A DNA stretch of 63,663 nt, counting the filler, from Globobulimina sp. (taxonomy: Eukaryota), in assembly GCA_003354225.1 (NCBI GenBank). It is 34 parts of 34 records of this genome, joined end to end, with 100 filler letters (N's around TTAATTAATTAA, not from the genome) between each part and the next. Parts side by side here need not be neighbours in the genome. Positions count along the whole stretch, not along the records: positions 33,772 to 35,546 come from PIVH01012085.1; positions 35,647 to 37,421 come from PIVH01012086.1; positions 37,522 to 39,296 come from PIVH01012087.1; positions 39,397 to 41,171 come from PIVH01012088.1; positions 41,272 to 43,046 come from PIVH01012089.1; positions 43,147 to 44,921 come from PIVH01012090.1; positions 45,022 to 46,796 come from PIVH01012091.1; 27 more parts are not named here. The stretch is one strand, 5' to 3'. The notes beneath the pieces are model-generated. The model saw only the letters and a program-made list of their open reading frames with translations. It made no database searches and was not told the DNA's origin. The position numbers were made by a program, and so were the translations under genes. Positions 33,878 to 46,896 of the stretch are shown in pieces; position 1 is the stretch's first letter, and each line of letters opens with the position of its first letter.

Positions 33878-35272
33878 TTGGCGGAACTTCTGTTGGAACT
33901 TGAGGATGAAGATTACAGTCACAATCACACCCACACCCACTTATCTTCAATAACTCGACACATGGCAAAGTTTGATTTGCTAAACCAAAAAACCTATTGG
34001 GATAATTTGCCATCAACCTTGAGCTTAATTGAAACACTAAACTTAACCTCAAACCACTTATTCATGTTATTCAAACAACTGGGCCTCCAATCTATTTCCA
34101 TTAGAGGTTGCACGTCCATCTACTATGAATATCCTAGAAAGGATCAAGCATTTAAATTTAAACTGTTATCATTGGTATTATCATCGCGTGCCTTGCTGCA
34201 TGTGTATTACCCAAAAAAAGAAATAAATTCTTACAGGCTGAATTACGCGTATTTCAACAACAAACAGAGATCACAGCCAATGGCTGATTTCCCGTGGATT
34301 GATATGGTTGAACACCTCCAAGACGACATTATCCCCAACAAAAGACAATTGACAGAGATCAAAGTTTATCCAAAAGGTCTATGGCAGTATTCAATGGCAG
34401 TGTTGTTTGAAACTGCAATGACTCTGTTTGCATTCAAGAATAATGAGCAGAAAGCACACATGACACAACGCCACGGATTTATCCAATGGAGTAATCCCAC
34501 CATTCAAGGCATAAAAACATATTATATCAAAACGTGGCTTAAGGAGACGGATGGGGCAGTCACACACTTCCCGCAATTAATACGTGATATGAATTCACAT
34601 TCACTTTTGGCTAAGGATGATTATGATAATTTGGTATTAGATCGTTTATTGGATTTCACACAACTTCCGTTTTTCGACATGAATGAAGGAACTTTTTATA
34701 AAATGTTTGCAAATCAGTATCATATGGATTGGATATTGGGATTGTTTGATGGATTTGACAAAGTCAGATTGCTACCAAGAGATATCAAACAAATCAGAAC
34801 TCCGGGAATGGTCAATTTGGTGCTTAAGATGGCCTTTACTCAGTGGGAGACCGAAGATGATCGATATCGCAGAATATTGGAACTTTTAAAGCATCCAATA
34901 ATGTACACAGATGGTGATTCTTCAAATTCAGCTAAATTATTTAACTTTCAATTAGGTAGAATGTTGAGGAATGATGAACAGTACAATGAGTTATTGTATA
35001 TGTTTAAAGTGGATGCGTTTGAGAGTTTGGAATGGATGGAATTTATCCCTTCAACGAAGCGGTGTATGGACAGATTGATTGTATTGTTATATAAAATAGC
35101 AGATAAAAAAAGTTATCGTATTTATGAGCCAGAGATATTATCCGTAGTTTATCATTTAAGGGTATCAGGATTTAATGCTACGCAGCAACCATGGAATTTT
35201 GCGATAAATCTGCTAAATCACCCAAATATTACTGAAGGACAAAAACTTGAATTGCGTGGTGCTATGCTATAA
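33878..35272 (+). CDS. Hypothetical protein, intronless, 5' end uncertain
   Basis: 464-codon ORF with no recognised motif. Confidence 0.65.
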   Translation: MAELLLELEDEDYSHNHTHTHLSSITRHMAKFDLLNQKTYWDNLPSTLSLIETLNLTSNHLFMLFKQLGLQSISIRGCTSIYYEYPRKDQAFKFKLLSLVLSSRALLHVYYPKKEINSYRLNYAYFNNKQRSQPMADFPWIDMVEHLQDDIIPNKRQLTEIKVYPKGLWQYSMAVLFETAMTLFAFKNNEQKAHMTQRHGFIQWSNPTIQGIKTYYIKTWLKETDGAVTHFPQLIRDMNSHSLLAKDDYDNLVLDRLLDFTQLPFFDMNEGTFYKMFANQYHMDWILGLFDGFDKVRLLPRDIKQIRTPGMVNLVLKMAFTQWETEDDRYRRILELLKHPIMYTDGDSSNSAKLFNFQLGRMLRNDEQYNELLYMFKVDAFESLEWMEFIPSTKRCMDRLIVLLYKIADKKSYRIYEPEILSVVYHLRVSGFNATQQPWNFAINLLNHPNITEGQKLELRGAML

Positions 35273-35646
35273 ATCTGATGCACAGATTCCTTTGTTATTT
35301 TTTTTTAAAGATTTTTTAATTGTTTTTTTTTGAATTTGTTGTTATTTTATTTTTGTTTATTTCATTTGGTTTGAATTAAAAATAAACTCTGAGCGCCAAT
35401 AACGACGCTACACTCCTTATATTTAATTTTCCAAAGTCCATGGATTAGTTTAATTTTTCAAATTTAAAGTCCAACTATTAATATATACGAACCTAAGATT
35501 TGATTTTAGATAAATTAAACGTAAGGAACCTCGCGAAAGGTTGAAANNNNNNNNNNNNNNNNNNNNNNNNNNNNNNNNNNNNNNNNNNNNTTAATTAATT
35601 AANNNNNNNNNNNNNNNNNNNNNNNNNNNNNNNNNNNNNNNNNNNN

Positions 35647-35874
35647 ATGTATTTGCAAATTTGGAAAAAACAATATGATGTTGCATTAAATAAGAAAATG
35701 ATACAGCAACATAACAATGAAGAAATAGCCAATAAACGCGGCGATTTGGCGTTAACGAAGCGTGTGATGATAAGATGGAGGCAAAACGCGGAAAATGCGA
35801 GGAAAGAAAAGATCAAAGCTAGAACGTGGAGGAAAGTTGAATTGTGGTTGACTGAATTAAGAGCAAAGCGATGA
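35647..35874 (+). CDS. C-terminus of a Trp-repeat (Sfi1/CCDC191-like) coiled-coil protein
   Basis: LQIWKK, VMIRWRQ, RKVELWL spacing. Confidence 0.4.
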   Translation: MYLQIWKKQYDVALNKKMIQQHNNEEIANKRGDLALTKRVMIRWRQNAENARKEKIKARTWRKVELWLTELRAKR

Positions 35875-36044
35875 GTTTTTTATATTGATATAATGCTATT
35901 TAAATAGATTTACATATTCATATATCGGCGTTAAGTACCACTCTGCTGATAATATAGTGAAAATTTTCAGTTTAAAACGTTTTGTTTATTTGCTTAGCAG
36001 CATCACAGAACTTTTTATTTACACTCACATGTAATTTGTTACTT

Positions 36045-36965
36045 TTATGGTTGACTCGTAACATTTGTAACTTCTATGCTATTTCTTCTCCGTTTTAAAT
36101 CTATGATTTCTGGTTTCTTTGCAGTTAATATATGATATGTTTTTCGAATAATTAATATGGTCCACGCCAATTGCATCATAGTATTAAAAGATATAACAAA
36201 CACAGCGCCAATAAACTTATGTATAGGATATTCATTAAACAATCTTTCCCCATACATAATAATCCATATTACCATACCAATGCTAGCTGGACAACGAAAT
36301 GAAAACCATGTCATTAAGAATCCCAATTTAAATTTCCTAATCACTGACTCTTTACAAAGATACCATTTCGCAAAAAACGCAGCATCTAAAAACAAAGTTG
36401 ATACTTCCATTCCATACGAGAGCGTTATCACAAACCAAGCAAATGTCGGATTTGGTATTATCATCCATGGAATAGCACAAAATGAAAACGAATGATGAAT
36501 TAGTTGATCATACCGAAATGATGCCAATTTATGCACAAAATGTACGACAATATCTGCTGATAAATCAACAATAAAATATGCTTCAATTGCACAACTTGCA
36601 TAAAAGGGAATTCCCGGTGTGCCATATATTGGATCTTTCCAGTATTGATGATAAAATATTGATAATGATGCAAATGAACAGATAGTTGCATTTATTAATG
36701 AACACGTAACTGATGTATACTTCATACAATCTGATGGTGACTGGGTGTCTCTCAATTCTAGGTCTTGATTGTGCATTGCTTTGTTTTCATTGATTGTTGT
36801 TGTTTTGCCACCAAATTGTATTTCTTTTGCAGTGTTTTCTCTGTTGATGTTTGATAGTTGTTTTCGAAATACAATTGTATATATTGTGCAATATGCAACA
36901 ATGCTACAAAAAAATATAATGAGCCAATGATGCCATAGTTCTGCCGTCTCTTTGGATACCATCAT
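36045..36965 (-). CDS. TLC (TRAM/LAG1/CLN8) domain membrane protein
   Basis: YFIVDL, LIHH, MEVSTLFL, FLMTWFSFR. Confidence 0.88.
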   Translation of the reverse strand: MMVSKETAELWHHWLIIFFCSIVAYCTIYTIVFRKQLSNINRENTAKEIQFGGKTTTINENKAMHNQDLELRDTQSPSDCMKYTSVTCSLINATICSFASLSIFYHQYWKDPIYGTPGIPFYASCAIEAYFIVDLSADIVVHFVHKLASFRYDQLIHHSFSFCAIPWMIIPNPTFAWFVITLSYGMEVSTLFLDAAFFAKWYLCKESVIRKFKLGFLMTWFSFRCPASIGMVIWIIMYGERLFNEYPIHKFIGAVFVISFNTMMQLAWTILIIRKTYHILTAKKPEIIDLKRRRNSIEVTNVTSQP

Positions 36966-37097
36966 TCACAAAAATGTTTTTTTAAGTAACTGCTAGCTTT
37001 GTACTTATTTTATTTGTCGATCGGATTAAACTAGAACAAAAAGATTTATTTATATAAACGTTAACACCATAAAATATATAATAAATAAAGACCTATA

Positions 37098-37421
37098 TCA
37101 TGGTACTTCATCATCCTCATCCTCGCCATCATCTTGTTGCTGCTCAGTTACTTCAGATGCAGTTTGTGCTTTGACCATTGCATTAATATTGTTTGTAACT
37201 GTTAATTCTGTGGTTTTCTTGGTTGAATAGTAATTATCCATTGTTCCAATACAACAACAAATATGATCAAGACATTTACAATAACAATATTTGCCAAACG
37301 GTTTACATAATATTCCAACCCATTTATTTATTGCAATATCACCAGTTCCATTATGCGGTCCAAATGCAGCCAACAATGCAATAAAATAAACCAAAGCAAA
37401 AAATAAACTAAAAAATACAAC
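37098..37421 (-). CDS. Membrane protein C-terminal fragment
   Basis: TM end, Cys cluster, acidic tail. Confidence 0.45.
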   Translation of the reverse strand, partial: VVFFSLFFALVYFIALLAAFGPHNGTGDIAINKWVGILCKPFGKYCYCKCLDHICCCIGTMDNYYSTKKTTELTVTNNINAMVKAQTASEVTEQQQDDGEDEDDEVP

Positions 37422-37707
37422 NNNNNNNNNNNNNNNNNNNNNNNNNNNNNNNNNNNNNNNNNNNNTTAATTAATTAANNNNNNNNNNNNNNNNNNNNNNN
37501 NNNNNNNNNNNNNNNNNNNNNGTGTTAGGGTTAGAATTGTTTTTATTTTATATTCCAATTATACTTCGTCACTTTTTCTTTTTTATTTGGTATTACTGTG
37601 TGACGCTTTTAAATTAATTTCCAGAAATTCTCTTTTTGATTAATGTTGTTTGTTTTTGTAAGGGCTACTTGTGCCAAGGAGTAATTTATAAAAAAGTTAA
37701 GATATTA

Positions 37708-39296
37708 CTAAATCGTGTCATCGTGGCAACAATCACAATCACAATCATTGGTACAGCCACAATTCTTTCTGTCAGACTGTGGATTAATGTTTGGTGAAAT
37801 TGAATTATATGTTGGAAATCGTATAGTTTTCATAGTATCCTTCAATCGTCGTTCGGCAATAACTTTCTTTGGATCAAACACAATAATTAATAAGATACTA
37901 AACAATAAAATAGCAGCAATAATCCATGTAAATGCTTGCCACGAATTATCATTCATTTCATACATTGCATACAATAAATGATTGCATATGCAACAAACAA
38001 TAATAATGGCAAAAACATCTGCAATTAAACAATAACCAACAATGTACCCATTATATCTATATCCAAATACTATTGCTATCAATGATGGATATAATATCCA
38101 ATCACATCCAATCGCACAAAATATGATAAATATCCATATTATATACAAAAACTTAAATACTTTGCATAACGATATGGATGCAATAAAAACACATGAAATC
38201 AGATTGATAGCAAACAAAATAATTTTTTTCTTTTTTATTCGATTCACATTTGAAAATAATTTATTCCAAATAAATCGAAATATTCCATTCAAAATGAAAG
38301 CAATCGAAATAATAATTGTTAAATATTCATCATTATAAATAGACACATATTGAATGGCAAATATTTTCCAAAATAATATCACAAAAAAATACGCCATCAT
38401 ACAGCATAAATGTATCATCCATAAAGTCCAAAACTTACCATTTAATAAGATTTCATATGGTTTCATTTGGTAATATGCGGTATCTCCGCCGTACGATATG
38501 TCATAAATGGAATTATACGCAATATATTTTTTCATCCGACAAGAACATGAATGCGGTGTCATTGCAACATGCATATTATCACAGATATTATTATTGTCGT
38601 CGGATGTTTGTAGCAATGGGTTACTAATCAACAAAATAGCAATAAATTGCATCACAGCAATAATTAAAGTAAAATAAAGATAGGAGAAGGGAATATTTTC
38701 CATGACACGCCGATGTGGAATAAAACCATAATTTATATGAATGGGCATATTGTTTGGATTTATAATCAATAACTGAATGGGCGCAAATATGAATGGTGAA
38801 CATGCAAAACAAATATTTAATAACACAATGACGAGATCGCCTTTTTCCTTGTTATTTTTATCATTTTTAAACCACGCCAAACAGGACACGAATGAGATTG
38901 GATAAGCAATGCCGGCGCCACATCCAAATAATAAATAACAAAATATTAATGCATATAAATTGACCAATGTAAAATAACACAATAATGAAGCAACGCACAT
39001 TAACAGACATGATAATATTAATGTTATCTTCACGCCAATTTGTTGCTGAATGTGTGCTCCCATTAATGACGAGAAGGTAAACACAATATAACAGGTTGTA
39101 AATATCCAATTACATTCGCTTAGATAGTAGATGTACAATGTATTGGCATCAGTAATATTAGCAGACGTGTTTTGTTTGTCTTGTTTTTCCAGAGATAAAT
39201 GATCCATATGAGCGTAAGCTAGATATGATGCTAGATATGGTATTGAATTACCGACTACAAACATAGAGCCTATTGATAATTGAAGAACAATGCTAC
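37708..39296 (-). CDS. MFS transporter (OxlT/MCT-like), 5' partial
   Basis: GNSIPYLASY, LFGCGAGIAYP...AWF, INPNN, and a multi-TM pattern. Confidence 0.85.
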
Positions 39297-39396
39297 NNNN
39301 NNNNNNNNNNNNNNNNNNNNNNNNNNNNNNNNNNNNNNNNTTAATTAATTAANNNNNNNNNNNNNNNNNNNNNNNNNNNNNNNNNNNNNNNNNNNN

Positions 39397-40582
39397 GGGT
39401 TATGTACCTTTTGTAGTTATAGTGGTAAGCATCGGAGTTGTGTTATCTCTGATATTGGCATTGTGGGCTGCTGGATCTATGATGTCTTCATGGAGCGCAT
39501 GGTTCGTTGAAATGTTTTTCAATCAAAGATATAAATGGGTGGATAAGCCAATGTTTTGGCATATTATTGTCAATAATTTTTTGTTGATTGAGGGTCTGAA
39601 TAACAAAAAAGATTTGATTTTAAGATTATGCATTGTTAATTATATATTGTCGCAAACCACAGAGAGTGAGTGGGTCAAACGAATGTTTATAGACTTTAAT
39701 AGTTTTATGGCTGTCAATGAATATGTCGTGTTTCATGATCCAAAGTATAAAATGACATTAGATACATTGCGGAATCAATTTGGTGACAGTAAGGGATCGG
39801 CGCGGACAATGTTTGGCTGCATATTGAGAGATTATATGGACCACGTTCGGAATTTGCAATGTTTCTCTGTCGATTTTTTTGTAAATTGTACATATTTTTT
39901 GATATTATTTATTGGCATTCCATTATATATATTATCAAGAATCATAACATTATTATATCCATTTTGTTGTGTTATATATTTTTTGTGCAATCACATTGAT
40001 ATACCAATTTTTTGTGTAATTACAACATTTATATATTGCATTTTAGTTTTAATATTATGGATAATTGGAAGTAAATTGTATCGTTTAATGAATATTTTAT
40101 GGCATATAATGCCAGGAAGCGAGAAGTTGGTCAAATCATTGATTGTCGATAAACCTGATTTGGATTATTTGACGCAGTTAAATGCGATGTATTATTTCCA
40201 TATGAACCGACCAGTAATATATGAAATTCTGGGCCGTAAATTCTCGTCGGATGTCGGCAAAATTATAAGTATGTATTTACCACGGACATATTATGAAGAA
40301 TGCAATGTTAATCATCGAAAAAGGAAATCCAAAAAAAGGAGAAAATCAAGATCTAGAAACAATAATTATTTAACATATTCAACATATTCAAATACACCAT
40401 CATCATCACCACATTTAGCCATTGATTGTGTAGATCCATTACCCCCTTCATCGAGATATTATGCAGATGCCTATGATAATATATTCAGTGGCACTCAAAT
40501 AAATATGACTGTTCCGCAGTTTGCAATCCCTGACAATTGTGTAGATCCATTGTCACTTTTAAATTCTAAAGTCTTTACATAA
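39397..40582 (+). CDS. Hypothetical multi-TM protein, 5' partial
   Basis: Long ORF with TM segments and a basic, Ser-rich tail. Confidence 0.6.
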
Positions 40583-40672
40583 TTTAAATGAGTGATCTAT
40601 TTAGTTTATTAAGCGATAAATACACCACACTAATGTTGTAAATTGATATCTGAGTGACTATTACGGAATACT

Positions 40673-40762
40673 CAGAGATGCCGTGCTCGACTTTTCGTCA
40701 CTGAGTAGGAGCAAGCAGCAGTCGAGTCGAGTCAAGTCGAGTCGAGCAGGACGGCAACTTTG
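40673..40762. mobile_element. 90-bp GC-rich mini-element with terminal inverted repeats
   Basis: CAGAGATGCCGTGCTCGAC ... GTCGAGCAGGACGGCAACTTTG; internal (GTCGA)n. Confidence 0.5.
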
Positions 40763-41271
40763 TTACTTTTTTACGGCTGTTGGACAAATTCTGGGTACAA
40801 CTAGTAAATAATCAACAGAATATTTGAGTGAAAAGGTTCTGTACATATTCAAAAAGTTATTTGAATATTTCTGAACGTGTTGTTTCAGTTGATAATATCC
40901 ATCGAAATCCGATCACCGAAAACTACAAACAGGAATCGACAATGAGAGAACAGAGAACTGGAAACTGGACACTTGCAATCACAGGAGATACCATTATCAA
41001 TGGCGGTTTCAATTATTAGAGCAGCGGTTGATCTGGCTTTATCCTCATGAAACTCAATATGATCAACACCGTCAATTTTGGCCTTCGAATCCGGAATGTC
41101 AACCGGATTGAGATTGCTATCAAAGCCTCGCTCGTTATCAAGAGTGCCACTTTCCAAGGCCTTTAAGAACTNNNNNNNNNNNNNNNNNNNNNNNNNNNNN
41201 NNNNNNNNNNNNNNNTTAATTAATTAANNNNNNNNNNNNNNNNNNNNNNNNNNNNNNNNNNNNNNNNNNNN

Positions 41272-43046
41272 TTGTATATTTAATGTTTTCTTTTTATTAG
41301 TTGGCTTTTTGCGTGGTTTTGGGGTGTAATTTATGTCGATATCCGCTTTATCGACGTATTCCAATGAAATTGAGTTAATGTTATTGCGCGTAATCTCGCC
41401 GATAATATCAATATCATTCAGTGCGATATCCTCGCACTTGGCTTTGATTTCATTTTCTTCAATTTTTGTGCTGATACTATAATTGGTGCGGTCGCTCTCG
41501 CGTTGATTGGCCCAGTCTGTCCAATAATTGTTATCGATATATGGAGCGAGAATATTTGTATCTGGTATTCGAATAAATTTCGACCAAAGGTTTGCTTGCC
41601 GATATTCCACATAATCATCAAAATTGTGCCACTTAATTTGCATTTCCATAATATGGAGTGGTGCGGAATTGTCACTGTCACCGTTACTAAATCGAATCAT
41701 ATCGTTATATAATGACTTGATTTTTGATCTAATATTTGATGAAGAAGCGCCCCATAATTCGATGCCATAGAATTTCGGGAGAATTAGTGATTTGAATAGG
41801 TGTTGAATCCATGTGGCTTTTATGGATTTTGAGTTGCCGAGTTTTTACATTTATGATAGATTTTTTTCATCCATAATTCTAATGTCATATGTACGTCCAT
41901 CCATGCACCTAAATATTTGACGGCGGTGTATTCGCGGGTGATTGGTGCGAATTTGTTATCCAAATCTTTCAACATCACTATATTTAAGTAGTTGGCGGAA
42001 TGATTGTAGGATGGCGGTATGATTTTGCTGGGTAGCCATACGATATATTGCTGCTTCGGAACTGACATAAGGAGCTGTTTGCTGCGGATTATATAAGTAA
42101 TTATCCGTAGCGCGAGATTAAAGTTATCTGTTAATATGATATGGTCAGTGATTTGACCATTGGATATTATGCCGTTATCATCGGCAAATGTTACCAATGT
42201 GATGCCTAAATCCATATTATTTAATATTTCCATGTCTTTCTCACCTAACAAGCAGAGGACGCTTGAAGGTGACCAACCTTGTCCTAATCCAATTGTTTCC
42301 TGTTGCCATTTTGTTTTGTATCCATTGACAACTACGCGGATCCAGCGATTATTCAATGCTGCATAATAATATTTGAATATATTGCTAATGTTAATAATAA
42401 AATGTTAATGGTTCCCGATGAAACACAACCTTTAACAATTCAATTTTGACTTTCAATGTTTTTATTTTGAATAATCTGTGAAAAACTGTAAATTCAAAGA
42501 GTTTGCAGTAAAAAACAGTAATTTCAAACTGAAAAGCAAAAAGTTAAATGTTACCTTTAACATTTTATTATTAACCTATTTTCCTTCCAAAATCAGTTAG
42601 TTTGATGTGACCCAAATTGACTGCGAGGCGTAAAGTACGGCGTGCGATGATTTTATCTAAAGGCTTGATAAAATTAGATCCAATTTGGAGTGGTTGTAGA
42701 TTCTTCATCTTGCGCTTATCTTTGCCACTTTTTGGCTTAAAGTGGACTTCTCCCAAATTTGATTCATCCATACGTAGCCCGTTGAGATATAGCATATTGT
42801 AAAGCAAATAAAGTGGGCGTTCGATGGCTTCGTAGTTACGTTGCATAACTTTGTTTGAAATGTGATTGTGACAGATAGCTTTATTTTGGCCGAATGAGAA
42901 TACAGAATTCTTGATTTCGGCGTTTGATAATGGCGCATTCGCGTATCTTAATTCGCGAATCAATTTTGTGGATGGAATGGCTTGTTTGCGCTCTAAGCGC
43001 CAATCTTTTAATAATTTGTTGATGATTTGGTTCTCTTTAATTTGCA
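41272..43046 (-). mobile_element. Degenerate LINE reverse transcriptase interrupted by an insertion
   Basis: EIKNSV...KA, KPKSGKD...NLQPLQI, GLGQGWSPSS, TFADD, VKYLGAWMD; frameshifts present. Confidence 0.88.
42390..42575. mobile_element. AT-rich MITE nested in the LINE RT
   Basis: GTTAATAATAAAATGTTAATGGT / ACCTTTAACATTTTATTATTAAC, 22/23 inverted match. Confidence 0.75.
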
Positions 43047-43727
43047 NNNNNNNNNNNNNNNNNNNNNNNNNNNNNNNNNNNNNNNNNNNNTTAATTAATT
43101 AANNNNNNNNNNNNNNNNNNNNNNNNNNNNNNNNNNNNNNNNNNNNTCAAGCATCCATTTAAAAAGAACTAGAATTTTTGAGCTCACTAGGAATGCAGTC
43201 AGGAGTCCAGTGACAAATGATATATAGTGGTTGCTTTGTAATACCTAATATTAAATGTTAGTAATTTCGGCGAGATGTGCGTACTTTTTCTTTTTCGTAT
43301 TTGATTTATTATTTGATTCAGCGGAAAACGGTATTATACCGTAGGTATTTAATTGTTGTTTGTTTAAGGTGGTTTGGTTGCTTCTATTACGAGAGAATTG
43401 CGACCGTTTGAACGCTAAAACGTACATCGTGAATGAGCGCGGTTCGCGCTTTCAATCACTGTGTGTATCTAAGTAAAAATATCCAAATGTTATAATAATT
43501 TCTGATATTATTTTGTTGCATGTACATGTCGGCCATGTCCCATAAAGTGAGATTTGCAGCATTTTTGCAATTTATAAGTGTGTAATAGTTATGGTGATTA
43601 AACAAGAAACAATATAGGACACAATCTTTCAGGTATTGGTTCTTGACCGCAAAGATCCAAAACCTTCTATTGATGCTTGATTAATTCTATTCACATAAAA
43701 TTAATCGTATCTTTGGGATGACATTCT

Positions 43728-43820
43728 GGAAAGACATGAATGACAGATGTAGAAAGATACATTGGCGTTGTGGAAAGACACAATGACTTTATGGAAAGAC
43801 ATAATGACAGCTGGCAAAGA
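43728..43820. repeat. Degenerate tandem repeat of about 21 bp (GGAAAGACA.AATGAC)
   Basis: Four to five imperfect copies. Confidence 0.6.
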
Positions 43821-44105
43821 CCGCAACAGAAATCTCAGTGTCTGATTGATGATCCAAGATACCTAAATTGTTTATTTTTTTGCTCCTATATGTTTAATAT
43901 ACTTGTTACTGTCACCATGGAGCTCTTGTCACACTGACAGTGATTCAATTGACTTATGAAATGGCCAATAACGAACAACAAATTAACAGAGTTTTTCATT
44001 TTGCAAGTAGTCTACTTTAGTTTACAATGGTTTGTTGACTTATTGAACCATCTTACATTTATAAACCATACACATACACATATACTCAATATCATATTCA
44101 TACAG

Positions 44106-44921
44106 TCAGTGGCCTGTCCTTGGTCCGATTATGGGTGTCATGAACCAGTGCCATATGCAGACTTCAAAACGCACGTTGAATCAGACTTTTTTAATCACGC
44201 ATCGATGAGATTTGATTTTGTCGCCAATAAACGCAGCGAATGGCTCGAACAATATGAAGACGACAAAAAAGAAATTCACAACAAATTGGAAGAAATCAAT
44301 GATTTAAACATCAAAGAAAACTTAAAAAACGTAAAATTTTTAGCCTCTTTGGTTGAAAATCAATGCAAAGAAATCCAAGAATTAAAAAATGAAAATAAAC
44401 AAATTGAATACTTAAAAAAAGAGATATCGCTTTTAAAAGAAATAAATAAATCTCAAAACCAACAAATTGCGAAATTAATGACTTTAAATGATAAATTTCT
44501 ATCTTTATCCCAACGCATCGGCAAAACGGAACAAATGGAGAGCGATTCGCTTTTACGCGTACAGTCTTTGGAAGCAATTAACTCTGAAATAACAATAAAA
44601 CTACACCACGTCGACCAAATTGCCTCTCGCGTCTCGCTACAAAGCGCAGATTTCAACGAAGCCGACCTCACCAACCAAGACATGAGCGGGCAAGATTTAT
44701 CTGGCTCTTCTTTTAAAAATGCAAAATTGTGCGGTACAAACTTTACAAACAGCAATCTAAGTAATGCAGATTTTACCTCTGCAGATTTGAGCAATGCCAA
44801 TCTGTCCAATGCGAATCTGAGCAATGCCAACTTGGAAGGCAGCATTTTGAATGGCTGTCAGTTGCGAAACACTGTGGTGAAAGGCGTGAAATTATCCAAT
44901 GTCGATTTGAAAAATATGGAT
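44106..44921 (+). CDS. TRAF-type zinc finger, coiled coil and pentapeptide-repeat protein, partial
   Basis: CPWSDYGC...HVESDFFNH, then A(D/N)L(S/T)x pentapeptide repeats. Confidence 0.85.
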
Positions 44922-45021
44922 NNNNNNNNNNNNNNNNNNNNNNNNNNNNNNNNNNNNNNNNNNNNTTAATTAATTAANNNNNNNNNNNNNNNNNNNNNNN
45001 NNNNNNNNNNNNNNNNNNNNN

Positions 45022-46212
45022 GGGAAATGGCTAATAATTCTGACCCAAACACACCGGAACTGATATTGAAAGGACATAAAAAAGACGCTGTATACGCACT
45101 GGGTATATATCCTTGCACTCACTATACCGAAATATAAATATAAAATCTAAATAGATTTCAGCCACACAGATTGTTGCGTGGCCTCAGGAAGCAAAGACAA
45201 TCGGATTTGTGTATGGAACATAGGCGATTATGGCACAATATTATCATCGTCAAATGAGCCCTCATCAACGGAGAGATTCGTGCCATTAAGTAAGCCGTCA
45301 CCAAAGTTAAAGCCACGTATTATTTTACGCGGACATGTGAATGAAGTGAGTGACGTTGAATTTGCGCCATATTCACCAAATATTATCGCATCTGTGTCCT
45401 ACGACAAATCATTTAAATTATGGGATATGAGAGTTAGTGCTCACAATCAAGAGCTGGCAGAGAGGGAAATCAATGAATGTATGGCCGATTTTGGTCTCGA
45501 TAAAGAAATTACAAATATGTCATGGAATTTGTTTAATAATAATCACGTTTTAGCTGCGACCATAGATGGTACTATCAACTTGATAGACATTCGCAATATG
45601 AGACAATTTAAAGTTGTTAAACAGTTTGATGTGCATAGTGGGAAAATATCGTCGTTGGAATGGAATCCCTCGCATATAAATAGTAATTATTTCTTATCCT
45701 CTTCGCACGACGGAAGTGTTGTAATTTGTGATGTAAATAAGGAAAAAAGTAATATATTATTTAAACATTGTGGTCATATGAACTCAAAGGGTTGCGAGGT
45801 AATCCACAGTTCCTCGTGGATTAAGAATGATAATTCGTTTAGCATTGCATCTACATCTTCGCCAAACCCATTTGTACCATTCTTTTGGTCTTCTTCTTCT
45901 TCGTCAAACCACAAAAAAAATAATGACGATGATGATAATAATAATCATCCCAATCCAAATGACATTTCACAAGGTGGTATTATGCATATTTGGACACCAA
46001 ATAAATTGTTGAAAATGGATAGAAATGAGATTCTAAAACATTTGAAGGAAAAGAAATCGAATCAATTTGTTGATGACTTAAAAAAAAAGAAAAAAAAGAA
46101 TAATAGTAATACTAATATGGGTACAGTACAAAGTCAAAATGAAATGGAGAATGAAGATATTGACATACGAATGATTGATATAAATAAGAATGAGAATAAT
46201 AAAATTGTTTAA
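45022..46212 (+). CDS. WD40 protein of the MSI/RBBP4 type, 5' partial; intron 45103-45154
   Basis: PELILKGH...YALDF...ASGSKDNRICVW and LRGHVNEVSDVEF...ASVSYDKSFKLWDMR. Confidence 0.8.
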
Positions 46213-46896
46213 TTGTTTCATTTCGCTTTTGTTTTGTTTGTATTTATTTAAAGTCAAATCTAAAGAAAATACTACAAAATAGAAAAGTAAAGCTACTACT
46301 TTGATATTAAAAAATTATATACTCCTGATTCGAGTCCTGAACAGGTCATGTCAGATCATCTGATAATTCTGATTGCCATGACATATTCAATCACAACTGT
46401 ATCAACTTGGACTCAGTGATTGATTCAGAATAAAGGCAGATGTTATCCCATAATGCAAGATGTTATCCCATAATACACGAATGAATCCACGTATTTAAAA
46501 CAAAAAGGATAGCTTGATAAAGTTAGTTATTTGTGGGGTATTTGTGATTGTGCATACTCTCAGTGTATGGACACTATTATTGTCATCTCTGTCTTGGTTC
46601 TATTCCGACGATGTCAAATTTTCTGAGTTTATGATTCTTCTCAACCTTTTAGTCTTAATTACCGCCAACAAGCCCATCTGTTGTGTCCTTGGGAAAGGTC
46701 AATTAAGACACTCTCCATTGCTATAAACAATTGCAATCCTTCTTTTTTTTTGTTTATTTAACAATTATTAATATACATATACCAGCTGGTTATTACNNNN
46801 NNNNNNNNNNNNNNNNNNNNNNNNNNNNNNNNNNNNNNNNTTAATTAATTAANNNNNNNNNNNNNNNNNNNNNNNNNNNNNNNNNNNNNNNNNNNN

